A DNA stretch of 64,000 nucleotides from an uncultured delta proteobacterium (lineage in GTDB: Bacteria > Myxococcota_A > UBA9160 > SZUA-336). A program made the translations under genes and the position numbers. Location: assembly GCA_963704165.1 (NCBI GenBank), contig CAVPHD010000003.1, positions 548,217-612,216 on the forward strand, written 5' to 3'. The notes under the pieces are model-generated. The model saw only the letters and a program-made list of their open reading frames with translations, searched no databases and had not been told where the DNA came from. Shown in pieces: positions 50,524-59,948 of the stretch (position 1 is its first letter; every line of letters starts with the position of its first letter).

Positions 50524-51051
50524 CTAGGGTGAGGGAAGGAAGAGATCTCGCGCGACGGAGACCAACGTCCCGGTGGCCCCCAACAGGCACAGACCTGCCC
50601 CCGGAGCCGCGATCAGCTCGACCGCAGCCTTGGCGGCATCGGTGCTTCCGAGCCCCGGCGCCAGGAGTCCCGCACACAACCAACCGAACGAGTAGATCAG
50701 GGCTCCCGCTCCGAACGAGACGGCGCTGATCTGCGCGATCCGACCCAGGCGGCAGAGCAGGATCATGATGGCGATCGAGGCGAGCGACGCCGCGCCGATC
50801 CCACCGCCGTGCAGATGCGCCCGCTTCAGATAGTCGAAGGACTTCTTTACCACGGCGTCTTTCTTCTCGACGTCTCCCTGGTACGTGGACTCCAGCACCG
50901 CGGTCCCGGAATCATCGAGGTACGACTTGATCTGACTCTCGACGATGCCAAAGAGACTGCCGATGCTGAATCCGAACAGCACGGACAAGAGCGAGAGACA
51001 AACTCCGAGAGAAACGAGCTTCGGAACCGGTTGCAGCTGTCGGCTCATCAT
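50524..51051 (-). CDS. Hypothetical membrane protein
   Basis: About 4 TM, RAHLHGGGIG; GGAGG RBS. Confidence 0.7.
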   Translation of the reverse strand: MMSRQLQPVPKLVSLGVCLSLLSVLFGFSIGSLFGIVESQIKSYLDDSGTAVLESTYQGDVEKKDAVVKKSFDYLKRAHLHGGGIGAASLASIAIMILLCRLGRIAQISAVSFGAGALIYSFGWLCAGLLAPGLGSTDAAKAAVELIAAPGAGLCLLGATGTLVSVARDLFLPSP

Positions 51052-51136
51052 CAGTTGCCCTCCAACACGGCGATCGACGTCGGTGTCGGCGCCTAACTTA
51101 ATCTGCCGGGCTGCGGCAGGCAAATGCGCATCGGCC

Positions 51137-51427
51137 CTACTTGAGTGCCACGCCGCATGCGGGACACTGGGCGGGATTCAAGCCCTTGCCGAGGTACGCC
51201 CTGCACCCCGGACAGCGCCAGTTCAGCCAGGAGAACCCGGCCGCCACCGCGCCCAGGAACACGATGCTGATCGCAACCTGCTGAAACCCGAAGGCTGCGA
51301 TGTAGCGCTCGCTGAAGACCAACAGGAACAACGCGCCGGCCAGCGGGACGGACAGCGCCATCTGGTAGCGCCAGGTCTGCCTGTACTTCGACTTGAACTC
51401 GGCCTTCTGCTTCTCGGTGTACTTCAC
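51137..51427 (-). CDS. Small 2-TM protein with Zn-ribbon
   Basis: NWRCPGC...CPACG; AGGAG RBS. Confidence 0.75.
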   Translation of the reverse strand: MKYTEKQKAEFKSKYRQTWRYQMALSVPLAGALFLLVFSERYIAAFGFQQVAISIVFLGAVAAGFSWLNWRCPGCRAYLGKGLNPAQCPACGVALK

Positions 51428-51470
51428 GGGATTTCTCCTGCTGACATGCCGGCCGGCGGTGACTCCACCT

Positions 51471-51962
51471 TCAACGCGTGAAGAAGAGCCTGCGGAGCCC
51501 GCCTTCGCCGAGGTGCCGGTCGATCTCCGAAAAACAGTTGTAGATCAGAAATGCCAGGCCGACACCGAGGTTCATCGCCAGAAAATGAGCGAAGTCCCTT
51601 CCCGCCCACAACACACCCAGCAACGCGCCCGGTTCGGTCCCCTCGCGGTACACGTCGAACGCGCTCTCGGCCAGGGTGACGACGAAAACCGCGGCCGTGT
51701 AGCAACCCGAGCGCCAGAGGACGTGGAAGAACGGGAGGACAGACCGAAATCGATCGCCGAACGAGGTCTTCTCGAGCAGGACGACGACCTTCGCGACGAC
51801 GAGCGCACCGACCACCGCCGTGCCGAGTACCGCGATCTCGATCTCGTACTCCGCCAGCAGAAGTTTCTTCAACGAGAGAAAGAGCAGGAAACAGACCAGA
51901 AAATGAAGCGTCACGAGACCGATCTCGCGGATCTCGTGGCGAATGCGCTCCGTGATCGACAT
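51471..51962 (-). CDS. Hypothetical membrane protein
   Basis: 4 hydrophobic segments; GAGGT RBS. Confidence 0.72.
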   Translation of the reverse strand: MSITERIRHEIREIGLVTLHFLVCFLLFLSLKKLLLAEYEIEIAVLGTAVVGALVVAKVVVLLEKTSFGDRFRSVLPFFHVLWRSGCYTAAVFVVTLAESAFDVYREGTEPGALLGVLWAGRDFAHFLAMNLGVGLAFLIYNCFSEIDRHLGEGGLRRLFFTR

Positions 51963-51990
51963 CAGACCTCACCTTCGACGCCCGCTCTGG

Positions 51991-52803
51991 TTAGTCGGGC
52001 TCGCGATTGAAGCGCGGCCGTCTCTTCTCGATGAACGCCTGCATCCCTTCGCGCTGATCCGGCGTTCCCATCGTCGCAAGCACCGCGCGCCTCTCGTCGG
52101 CGATGGACTCGGCGAGTGATTTCCCGGCTGCGCCGACGACGCAACGAAGCATCTCTCGAACCGCGGCCGCCGGCATGCTCGCCAACTCGTGCGCGAGATC
52201 CCGCGCGCGCTCGAACAGCTCGCCGATCGGCCAGACCTCGTTGACGAGACCGATGCGCAGCGCCTCCGGTCCCGAGATCTTCTTCGCGCGGAGGATCATG
52301 TCGAGCGCATGGTCACGGCCGACGCAGCGAGTCAGTCGCGCGCTGCCGCCCCACGCGGGCACGGTTCCCAGGTCGAGCTCGGGCAACCCGATTCTCGCTC
52401 CCTCCGACGCGGCCAGGCGGAAGTGGCAGGCCAGAGGAAGCTCGAGGCCGCCGCCGAGGCAGTAGCCGTAGAGAACGGCGATCACGGGCTTCGGGAGGTT
52501 CTCGATCGCGTCGAGGACCCGGAGGCGCTGGTCGAGCACGGCCTCGAAGCTCCCCTTTCGGGCGACACCCGCGGGGAGCTGCTTGAGGTCCATTCCGACC
52601 GAGAAGTTCTCTTCGCCCGCACCGCGCAGGACCAACGCGCGCACGCCAGCGTCGTTCGCTACGCGTTCGATCTCCACCTCGAGTGCATCCATGAAGTCGA
52701 GACTCATCCGGTTTCGCGGAGCGTCGTTGATCACGAGCGTCACGACGGCGCCCTCGCTCTCGACGAGCAGCGGAGCTTCGTCTCTGTTTCCGTCAGTCGG
52801 CAT
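51991..52803 (-). CDS. Enoyl-CoA hydratase/isomerase
   Basis: FSVGMDL, GYCLGGGLEL, GLPELDLG, EGMQAFIEKRRPRF. Confidence 0.92.
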   Translation of the reverse strand: MPTDGNRDEAPLLVESEGAVVTLVINDAPRNRMSLDFMDALEVEIERVANDAGVRALVLRGAGEENFSVGMDLKQLPAGVARKGSFEAVLDQRLRVLDAIENLPKPVIAVLYGYCLGGGLELPLACHFRLAASEGARIGLPELDLGTVPAWGGSARLTRCVGRDHALDMILRAKKISGPEALRIGLVNEVWPIGELFERARDLAHELASMPAAAVREMLRCVVGAAGKSLAESIADERRAVLATMGTPDQREGMQAFIEKRRPRFNREPD

Positions 52804-53386
52804 CGTTCTTCGCGCGCAGCTTACCAGAGGTCGATCGGTGCGCGCCGCGCGCCATGGCGAGCATGCAGAAGTAGTAGGCAGCCGGGGCGGCGAGCCAGAT
52901 GAGCTGCGGAAGGAGCGTGACGGGATGAGCGGAAACGCGGAAGAGCACGGGGTTCCAAGCGTGCGCGTCGCTGTAGACCCAGCCCTCGTTGAGGACGCTC
53001 GCGATCTCGACTGCGAATGCCGTGCCCTGGCCCCAGAGCACGAAGACGCCGAGCTCCGTCCATCGAAACCCGGTCCACACGGGCCGGGCGCACAGCGCCT
53101 GCACGACGCCGAGACCCGCGAGGAAGATCCCGCCGTCCCAGAAGCTGTGGGCGACCATGAAGACGATCGGGTGAAGCGGTGGCGGGCGAACGAATCCGAG
53201 GATCGGATCCGTCGCAAGGAGCGCCGAAAGGAAGATCGGGAGCTCCCATGTGAGCCCGATCGCGACGCCGAGCCAGAAGAGGGGAACGATCGCGGCGCCA
53301 TCGGAGCGAGATCCACGACGGAGGTGAATGTAGACGGGAAGCGACAGACCCACGAAGAGATCGATCGCGTAGAAGCAGTCCACCAC
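52793..53386 (-). CDS. Hypothetical membrane protein
   Basis: 5-6 TM; GLTWE, HSFWDGG. Confidence 0.65.
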   Translation of the reverse strand: MVDCFYAIDLFVGLSLPVYIHLRRGSRSDGAAIVPLFWLGVAIGLTWELPIFLSALLATDPILGFVRPPPLHPIVFMVAHSFWDGGIFLAGLGVVQALCARPVWTGFRWTELGVFVLWGQGTAFAVEIASVLNEGWVYSDAHAWNPVLFRVSAHPVTLLPQLIWLAAPAAYYFCMLAMARGAHRSTSGKLRAKNDAD

Positions 53387-53454
53387 GACCCGAAGCTTCC
53401 CCGGTTTTCGCCTGCGCGACCAGTGGGCACGTCGTCACGGTGACGGCCCGCGTG

Positions 53455-53940
53455 TCAGTTCGGGGTCCGGGGTCGGGCGAGGTCGCTTCGGAAGAGCGCC
53501 ATCGCCTCGTGCGCGTTGCGTTCGGAAGCGCTGACGATGCTCGCGTAGAAGTCCCAGCGCTTGACGATCGACGCGCTCCACAGAACCCGACCCGTCCTCG
53601 AGTCGCTCAACACGAGCTCGAGCTGAACCGGCGAGAAATCCGAGGTCCGGATCGTCGCATCGAAGACGGCGTCGGGGTCCTCGAGGACGACGATGAATCC
53701 GAGGGCGGGCAGTTCGGATCGCAGCACGTCGCCCGCCGGGTCGTACTTCGCGATGCCGCTCGAGCGGATCATGATCCGGCGCGGCATCTCGGGCGACGCG
53801 CCGAACGACGGACGGCTCTCGCCGAACGACGTAGAGGGAATCGCCCCCGCGCACCCAACGAGCGTAACGGTGCAGTAGAGACCGAGCAGTACGAGAGGCA
53901 CGAAGCGCTCTTCCAGCGACGCAGATGATTCCAAACTCAA
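53455..53940 (-). CDS. Hypothetical lipoprotein
   Basis: LVGC lipobox-like; DSRTGRVLWSA; start uncertain. Confidence 0.55.
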   Translation of the reverse strand: MSLESSASLEERFVPLVLLGLYCTVTLVGCAGAIPSTSFGESRPSFGASPEMPRRIMIRSSGIAKYDPAGDVLRSELPALGFIVVLEDPDAVFDATIRTSDFSPVQLELVLSDSRTGRVLWSASIVKRWDFYASIVSASERNAHEAMALFRSDLARPRTPN

Positions 53941-54449
53941 CGACCGCGAAGGGCAAAGCCTTCGTGCTCCATTGCTGCGGCGAGAGCGCGACTACCATCG
54001 AGGAGGCGCGCCTTCGTTCCACCGACGTTTCGCCTCCCGTCTCCGTCGTGCAACGGATCGAGTCGGACGGGAACGGTGTTTTCGCCGCAAGGCGCCAAGA
54101 AACGCACCCAGCGGTCCGCCAGCCCGTACTTCTCTCGAAGAAGTTGGTCGATTCGCGGGTGGGCACCGGGAACCGCGCGAGCTCGGTAGCGCCGGATCTC
54201 ACCGTCGCGTTCCAGCTCGACGACGGGGTCTCCCGCGAACCGACGCTGCCAGGCCTCGCCCGCGCTGTGGAGCCACGAAGCATCTCCGTCGTCCACGAGC
54301 CAGAGCCGCGTCGAGTGCCAGTCACCGTTCGCGAACGGTGTCCGCAACGTGACCACTTCGCGACCGACCTCGATCACGGCGAGGTGAGCGACGATCGCAG
54401 CGACGCCAACTGCGATCACGGTCGCGATCGTAATGAGGAATCGTCTCAT
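53937..54449 (-). CDS. Split beta-barrel (nitroreductase/DUF385-like) protein with N-terminal anchor
   Basis: EVVTLRT..TRLWLV..W.....P.VELER..EKYG. Confidence 0.6.
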   Translation of the reverse strand: MRRFLITIATVIAVGVAAIVAHLAVIEVGREVVTLRTPFANGDWHSTRLWLVDDGDASWLHSAGEAWQRRFAGDPVVELERDGEIRRYRARAVPGAHPRIDQLLREKYGLADRWVRFLAPCGENTVPVRLDPLHDGDGRRNVGGTKARLLDGSRALAAAMEHEGFALRGR

Positions 54450-54584
54450 CCCGCCGCCTGAAGGCTCGGAACGCGGCTGTGTGGCACCGCGCCATCGGTT
54501 TCAGCTGCGCACCGGTTGCTCCCCCACGAACGTATCACGGCCAATCCCCCCGGAGGAGCGGCACCGTGCCCGACGGTCACGAGA

Positions 54585-55103
54585 TCAGTGGTGATGGGCT
54601 TCGGGCGCGGGGGAAAGACCGGGGAAGCGGTGCCGAGCATACGTCGCGTGGCAACCGACGCAGGCCTCCGTGAGCTTGTACGTGTAGAACGCAGCGAGCT
54701 CCGCGTCGGCGCTCTTGGCGGCCGAAGCCAATCGCTGCGACTGCGCATGAAACTCCCGGTCGAGCGCGAGAAACGACTCGGGCAGGACCCGATGGAGTTC
54801 GCCCCGCTGGTCTGCACTCAGGCGCTGTTCGAGGATGAACGAACCCTTGATCTCTCCCGCGTCGCGTTCGACGGCGGCCCAATCCGCGCGAGCCACCGCC
54901 GAGACCACACGTTGAAGACCCAGATCGAGATGCTGCATCTCCGCGATGAAGGCAGCGCGAAGCTCTGGCGACAGCTCGACGGTCGGGCCATCCGACGACT
55001 GAGCCCACGCCTGACTGGAGCACACGAAGACGACGGTAAGTGCCGTGGCTACCCACCGAGTGAGCGTAGAGAGCGACATGAGTTCCTCCCATTCTCTGGC
55101 CAT
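54585..55103 (-). CDS. Periplasmic class II (c'-like) cytochrome c
   Basis: Signal peptide ending AWA; helical body; C-terminal CVGCH; start ATG 55103 or 55079. Confidence 0.8.
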   Translation of the reverse strand: MAREWEELMSLSTLTRWVATALTVVFVCSSQAWAQSSDGPTVELSPELRAAFIAEMQHLDLGLQRVVSAVARADWAAVERDAGEIKGSFILEQRLSADQRGELHRVLPESFLALDREFHAQSQRLASAAKSADAELAAFYTYKLTEACVGCHATYARHRFPGLSPAPEAHHH

Positions 55104-55177
55104 CTGACGGTTCGACTCTCGGGTGCGACGGCTCGGACTTCCCGAGTCCGGCCTACCTCGAGAGCAGCATGCCAGAC
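55102..55177 (-). mobile_element. attC-like site (degenerate)
   Basis: Minus: GTCTGGC-ATGCT-GCTCTCGAGGT..hairpin..ACCCGAGAGT-CGAACC-GTCAGAT(G); one extra base on the left arm; R' overlaps the next ATG. Confidence 0.55.
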
Positions 55178-55303
55178 ACGATCGGCGTGCGAAACCGAGA
55201 ACCGGGATCCAGTCAGCTACACGCCCTCGTCGAACGGCATGCGGGCCGGGCCGGCTCAGAATCAGGTTGCGGGTGGCCACGTCGAAGCGCAGCATCGTGC
55301 GCA

Positions 55304-56155
55304 GTGCCGCGCTTGCAGAGAAAGAGCTTCACGACGCCGGACCAGGTCCGCACGTTCACGACGGGTCGAATCGAGATCGTCAGCCTCGACGAGGTGGCCG
55401 TCGGTCGTTTCGTGTTTCACCCGGGCTGGAAGTGGTCCAAGGACGTCGCGCCGGTCGCCGGTACTAGCTCCTGCCAGCATCGCCACGTCGGCTACACGAT
55501 CTCGGGCTCCCTCGAGGTGTGCATGGACGACGGAACGAAGCTCGTCATCGGACCGGGCGAGGCTTACGAGATACCTCCGGGTCACGACGCCTGGGTCGTC
55601 GGCGATGAAGCGTGGGACTCGGTCGAGTTCACGAGCGCTCACGAGTTCGGGCTCTCGCCCGACGATCTCGGTGAGCGCGTGCTGGCGACGATCCTCTTCA
55701 GCGACATCGTCGGCTCGACGGCTCTGCTCGAACGAGTCGGCGACCACGCCTGGGCCAAGCTCGTGCGCGAGCACAACGTGAGGATCCGCGCCGCCATCGA
55801 TCGCCATCGCGGTCGCGAGATCGACTCGACCGGCGACGGATTCCTCGCGCTCTTCGACGGAGCCGCGAAGGCCGTGCACGCGGCCGCGCTGATGGATCCA
55901 TCGGTCAAAGAGCTCGGCGCCCGCGTGCGCGTCGGCATCCACACCGGCGAGGTCGAGATCGTCGGCGGGAAGGCGCGCGGCGTTGCCGTTCACGCCGCGG
56001 CGCGTGTCGCCTCTCTCGGCGGTCCGGGCGACGTGCTCGTCTCGGGTACCACGCGCGATCTGCTCGACGGGTCGGGTTTGTCCTTCGAATCGCGGGGCGA
56101 ACACGAGCTCAAAGGTCTGAGCGGCGCTCGGCCGGTCTTCGCGCTGCTGCGCTGA
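55304..56155 (+). CDS. Cupin domain fused to class III adenylate/guanylate cyclase
   Basis: PGWKWS..CQHRHVGY..IPPGHDAWVVG; ILFSDIVGST, TGDGFLALF, GIHTGE, VHAAARV, LKGL. Confidence 0.9.
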   Translation: MPRLQRKSFTTPDQVRTFTTGRIEIVSLDEVAVGRFVFHPGWKWSKDVAPVAGTSSCQHRHVGYTISGSLEVCMDDGTKLVIGPGEAYEIPPGHDAWVVGDEAWDSVEFTSAHEFGLSPDDLGERVLATILFSDIVGSTALLERVGDHAWAKLVREHNVRIRAAIDRHRGREIDSTGDGFLALFDGAAKAVHAAALMDPSVKELGARVRVGIHTGEVEIVGGKARGVAVHAAARVASLGGPGDVLVSGTTRDLLDGSGLSFESRGEHELKGLSGARPVFALLR

Positions 56156-56178
56156 ACGGCGCTCCGGAAGTCCGATCT

Positions 56179-56568
56179 TCACGACTCGGTGATGCTCACG
56201 ATGTTGCCGTCGGGATCGAGGTATCGCGCGGTCCTGCCCCACGGCTCGCTCCTCGGCTCCGCGACGACTTTCGCTCCCGATGCAATCACTCGTCGGTGGA
56301 CCGATTCGAAGTCCGACACGTGAAACCCGATCTGCACCGCCGTGGTCACCGGGCGCTGCGGCGGATGCGCCGGGTACACGGCGAAGTGGAGGAACGCACC
56401 GTCGGTCCACGAGTACGCGGCATGCTCGCCCCCGTACCATGGGTCCTGCTTCTCGGAGTCGTGAGAAGCGTCGTCAAGCGCAATGCCGAGAACGTCGCGA
56501 TAGAACCGAAGCGATCGTCGAAGATCGGACACGCTCAGCGCGACGAAGCTGAGTCGGCGATCCGTCAT
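56179..56568 (-). CDS. VOC/glyoxalase family protein
   Basis: VSDLRRSLRFYRDVLG, EPWG, DPDGN. Confidence 0.88.
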   Translation of the reverse strand: MTDRRLSFVALSVSDLRRSLRFYRDVLGIALDDASHDSEKQDPWYGGEHAAYSWTDGAFLHFAVYPAHPPQRPVTTAVQIGFHVSDFESVHRRVIASGAKVVAEPRSEPWGRTARYLDPDGNIVSITES

Positions 56569-56602
56569 GGCGTGTCTCCATCCCGTCCAATGGTGGATGG
56601 GT

Positions 56603-57193
56603 TCACAGCCAGCGCCGAACGCGGGCCCGGTAGGCCCGGTACTGCGACCCGTGCAGTTGGGTGAGGTGGACCTCTTCCAATCGTACCTGGACCTGGATCA
56701 GGACCTCACCGACGAGCAGCAGTCCGATCGTCGCCGCACTTGGAACGACGAGGAAGAGTCCGAGCAGCGTGACCCTCATCGAGAGGAAGATCGGGTTTCT
56801 GGAGATCCGAAAAAGACCCACCTGGACGAGATCGGTGCGGTTCTCCGAATCGATGCCGATTCGCCACGAGGCTCCCATCTGTGCCTGGGCGATCAGCACC
56901 CACAGGAGTGACGCGATCAGAAGGAGCCAACCCGCGATCACGAGTGCCGGGATCTCGAGCTTGGAAAGTGGGCCGACCCAGCTGGCGGAAGACGGGTGGA
57001 AGTTCAGCCCCACGACGACCACGCACGCAGCGATCACGATCTTGAACGCGCGTCCTACATAGCCGTAGGCATCGTCTTCGGAAGTGAGCACGAGCGGGTT
57101 CTGACCCGTTCTCCGGTAGACGAGGACGCTTCGCCAGACGAACGCAAGCCCCAAGTAGGCGACTAAGTAGATGGCGAGTGCGAATGCTCTCAA
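56603..57193 (-). CDS. Isoprenylcysteine carboxyl methyltransferase (ICMT/PEMT) family
   Basis: MGASWRIGID, GLFRISRNPIF, EEVHL, YRARVRRWL. Confidence 0.88.
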   Translation of the reverse strand: MRAFALAIYLVAYLGLAFVWRSVLVYRRTGQNPLVLTSEDDAYGYVGRAFKIVIAACVVVVGLNFHPSSASWVGPLSKLEIPALVIAGWLLLIASLLWVLIAQAQMGASWRIGIDSENRTDLVQVGLFRISRNPIFLSMRVTLLGLFLVVPSAATIGLLLVGEVLIQVQVRLEEVHLTQLHGSQYRAYRARVRRWL

Positions 57194-57589
57194 GCGACGC
57201 CCCGCGCTTCCTCACCCGGAGTCGCCCGACAGTCGTCGAACGGGCGCAACACGAGTGTTCGAAGGCGACTGAACATCGGCGCGATCCCTCCTCGTCCCCC
57301 ATCTCTCATGGGTCGAGAATCTGGCCTCGGAACGTACCACCTGGGCGGACCGCTTACGATTGGTGGTGTCGGATCCGAACCGAGCCGCGTGCCCGCCGAC
57401 CCTCGAACCGCAGCGCAGCGCATCCGTAGGGAAGCTGATCTCATCGACAACCGAGTGCATCACCTCCCATTGCAACGCTTGGCGGTCCCGGTGCGCGAAG
57501 ACCACTCGCGGGATTCACCATCGGTTGCCACCCGTCGTCTCGCTGCATACGCTCCTTCGATGGGTGTGAATCATGGAAGCGGGGATGTT

Positions 57590-58108
57590 GTGAGCGCGAT
57601 TCGACGGGCCTTCTTGGCACTTGCCTTCGTGATGACTGCGAACCCGAGCGCCGCGCAGAGCGAGAGCCGAGGCGACTGGAAGCCGATGGCCGATTTCGAG
57701 AGCGTCGATGCGTTCGAGAAACAGCTCTCGCGCGACTAGGAGGATTGCCTGGCGGGGGCGGGTGGAGGCTCCATGGCCGTGACGTGCTTCAAGCTCTACG
57801 AGCTCTGGGACCGCGAGCTGAACATCCAGTACGCGAGGATCCAGGGCGTACTCGACGCGGAGGGGAAGAGGAAACTCGCGGAGTCGCAGAGGCGTTGGAT
57901 CGAGTTCCGGGACTCCACCTTCGCATTCGAATCCTACGTGCTCGCCTTCACCTACAGCGCGCCCGGCACGATGTGGATCGCGATCCGAGCGGGAGAAGCG
58001 GACAAGTCAATGGCCGGAATCGCCAGGGATCGAACGCTCATGCTGCTCGATTGGGAAAAGCGATGGGCGCGTGGGCCCGTCGACGAGGAATCCCTGCTCA
58101 ATGAGTGA
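57590..58108 (+). pseudogene. LprI (DUF1311) lysozyme-inhibitor family secreted protein with in-frame TAG
   Basis: Signal peptide; TAG at 57737-57739 in frame with EDCLAG..C..WDRELNIQY..LAESQRRWIEFRD. Confidence 0.7.
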
Positions 58109-58144
58109 GGATGACCCGCTGCACTTCGTCGTCGGCCGACGACC

Positions 58145-58556
58145 TCACTTCTTCGAAACGGGTGGAGCACCCGGGGTCGCGTCGACGGGCCCCTCGAACG
58201 CGATGAAGAGCGTGCACGGCTGACTGCTGACGCAACGGCCGTGGTGAGGCGCCTTCGGCGGACCGTAGGCATACATCCCGGGTTTCAAGACGACGGCCTC
58301 TTGGCCTTCGTAGGTGATGCTCAGCTCGCCCTCGACGAGAACCATGCGCTCGGCCGAACCATTCCAGTGGTTCGGGAGATCGTAGTTCGCCGCGATTCGA
58401 AAGAAGACATCTGCGTTCGGCTTTGCGGGATCCCCATGCAGGACCGCGATCTGGCACCCGGCGGGGAAGAACTCAGGACACGATCCCGACTCGAACGGAT
58501 GCAGAGATGAACGCCCCGGCCATCACGTGCAGACACCAGATCGAGACTCGTCGCAC
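58145..58556 (-). pseudogene. DUF4437-like cupin, N-terminal frameshift/deletion
   Basis: CPEFFPAGCQIAVLHGDPAKPNADVFF..SAERMVLVEG..PGMYAYGP..PHHGRC; upstream GTG/signal segment in another frame. Confidence 0.7.
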
Positions 58557-58612
58557 GGGCACCCTCCTTCGCGTTGCCGCCCAACCGATCCGTTCTCATC
58601 GTAGCCACCGCG

Positions 58613-58981
58613 CTAGAGTGGTCGATGGTCACCGTTGGGTCCCGGCGTCACATGAATGAGTTGAGTTTCTTCTAGCACATTGACGAGGTGCCACTCGCCT
58701 CTTCGAACGATGCAGGCGTCGCCGGGACCCATTTCAATCGGAGCGTTGGGTTCTGATTCGCCCGTGACCCGGAGCTTTCCAGACACGACGTACAGGATCT
58801 CGTCACCGTCCGGATGAACCTCTCCACGATGGGGCGCGTCATGGGACATCGTCACGATTCCGATGGTCATGCCATCGATTCTCTCCGGGGGACCCGGTTT
58901 TCCCGCTCGAGCCGAAACAGAGAGATCCCGGTGGATGTCGAACAGATAGCGGGAAGGGTCGACTCGAGTGATCTTGCTCAT
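58613..58981 (-). CDS. Cupin domain protein
   Basis: GEVHPDGDEILYVVSG, PGDACIVRRGEWH. Confidence 0.88.
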   Translation of the reverse strand: MSKITRVDPSRYLFDIHRDLSVSARAGKPGPPERIDGMTIGIVTMSHDAPHRGEVHPDGDEILYVVSGKLRVTGESEPNAPIEMGPGDACIVRRGEWHLVNVLEETQLIHVTPGPNGDHRPL

Positions 58982-59016
58982 CGATGCATCTCCGTAGTCA
59001 CGACGATCACACGGTC

Positions 59017-59078
59017 GCCCGACGTTTCACGCATCAGCTGCGGCGCGCAGCGTCGGCTGCCGCACGCGCTCGTCGAGA
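59017..59078 (-). mobile_element. attC-like site (62 bp, degenerate)
   Basis: Minus: TCTCGAC-GAGCG-CGTGCGGC-AGCCGACGCTGCGCGCCGCA-GCTGATG-CGTGAAAC-GTCGGGC. Confidence 0.65.
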
Positions 59079-59759
59079 AGCGCGTGCGACGTCGCGACGC
59101 CCGGTGCTGTTCGTCAGGTTGGCCTTGAGGAAACCAACGGTGCGCTTCCACGCGAGTGCCGCGGCCTTGGCCTCGAAGGAATCGGTACGGTCCGACTCGA
59201 AGAACCAATGGCCGGTCCGTGGATACTGGTGGAACGTGGCAGGCACGCCGACTCGATCGAAGTGTCGAGCCAGCTTCTTGACCGCTGTCTCCGAGACCCA
59301 GTCATCGTTCTCGGCGAAATGACAAAGAAAGGAAGATCGAGTCCGAGAGAAGTCACCGTTTCGAGCAGCGTAGAAGCTGACCGTCGCCGCGATTGGAAGC
59401 TCCGGTCGCTGAGCGAGCCAGAAGGTCCAATGACCTCCCATCGAGAATCCCACCTGGCCGATGTCTGACCCTACGACGGCTTCATGGTGCCTGAGAACCT
59501 CGATCTTGCGGATGAGGAACTTGTAGACCGGCTCGCGCCGTCCGGCGGTCGCGGACGCCCGCAGCTTCTGCGCGGCGGATGGGGTAACCGCGACCTTGCC
59601 TCCGAAGAGGTCCGGAGCCAGCGCCACGAAGCCCTTGGATGCCAAACGCTCACACACCTCGCGGAAGAAGGCGTTGAGGCCCCACCAGGAATGCAGCACA
59701 AGCACGCCTCTTCCCGAGCCGCACCTTGGTACGGCCAGGTAGTGCTCAGAAGTATTCAC
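59034..59759 (-). CDS. Dienelactone hydrolase family
   Basis: LHSWWGLN, LAPDLFGG, GFSMGG, HFAEND, GHWFFE. Confidence 0.9.
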   Translation of the reverse strand: MNTSEHYLAVPRCGSGRGVLVLHSWWGLNAFFREVCERLASKGFVALAPDLFGGKVAVTPSAAQKLRASATAGRREPVYKFLIRKIEVLRHHEAVVGSDIGQVGFSMGGHWTFWLAQRPELPIAATVSFYAARNGDFSRTRSSFLCHFAENDDWVSETAVKKLARHFDRVGVPATFHQYPRTGHWFFESDRTDSFEAKAAALAWKRTVGFLKANLTNSTGRRDVARASRRARAAADAARRS

Positions 59760-59783
59760 CTGCTCATCGTCGCTGTTCCGTCC

Positions 59784-59939
59784 GCCTGACGGATCGGGCT
59801 TCAGCTGCGCGGCACGGCGCCGCCGAGGCCAGCTGAACCCCGATGGTGTTGCATCAAACTATCACGCCCGAACTCGCTCGAGCAGCACCGCGGCCGCTGC
59901 AGCGCCGGGTTGTTCGACAGCCGCAGCGCCTTGCTGGAC
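59784..59939 (-). mobile_element. attC-like site with two candidate left arms
   Basis: Minus: GTCCAGC-AAGGC-GCTGCGGCT, then GTCGAAC..GGCGCTGCAGCGG..; right arm GCAGCTGAAGCCCGATCC-GTCAGGC. Confidence 0.65.
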
Positions 59940-59948
59940 GACGGGCAC

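Noticed and set aside
56569..56602. Possible attC remnant between the ICMT and VOC genes (ATTGGAC)
   Set aside because: Too short and degenerate, with no pairing arm
57737..57739. Amber read-through/pyrrolysine or recoded TAG (also 8092-8094)
   Set aside because: TAG is the normal stop of many intact genes in the window; no pyl genes seen
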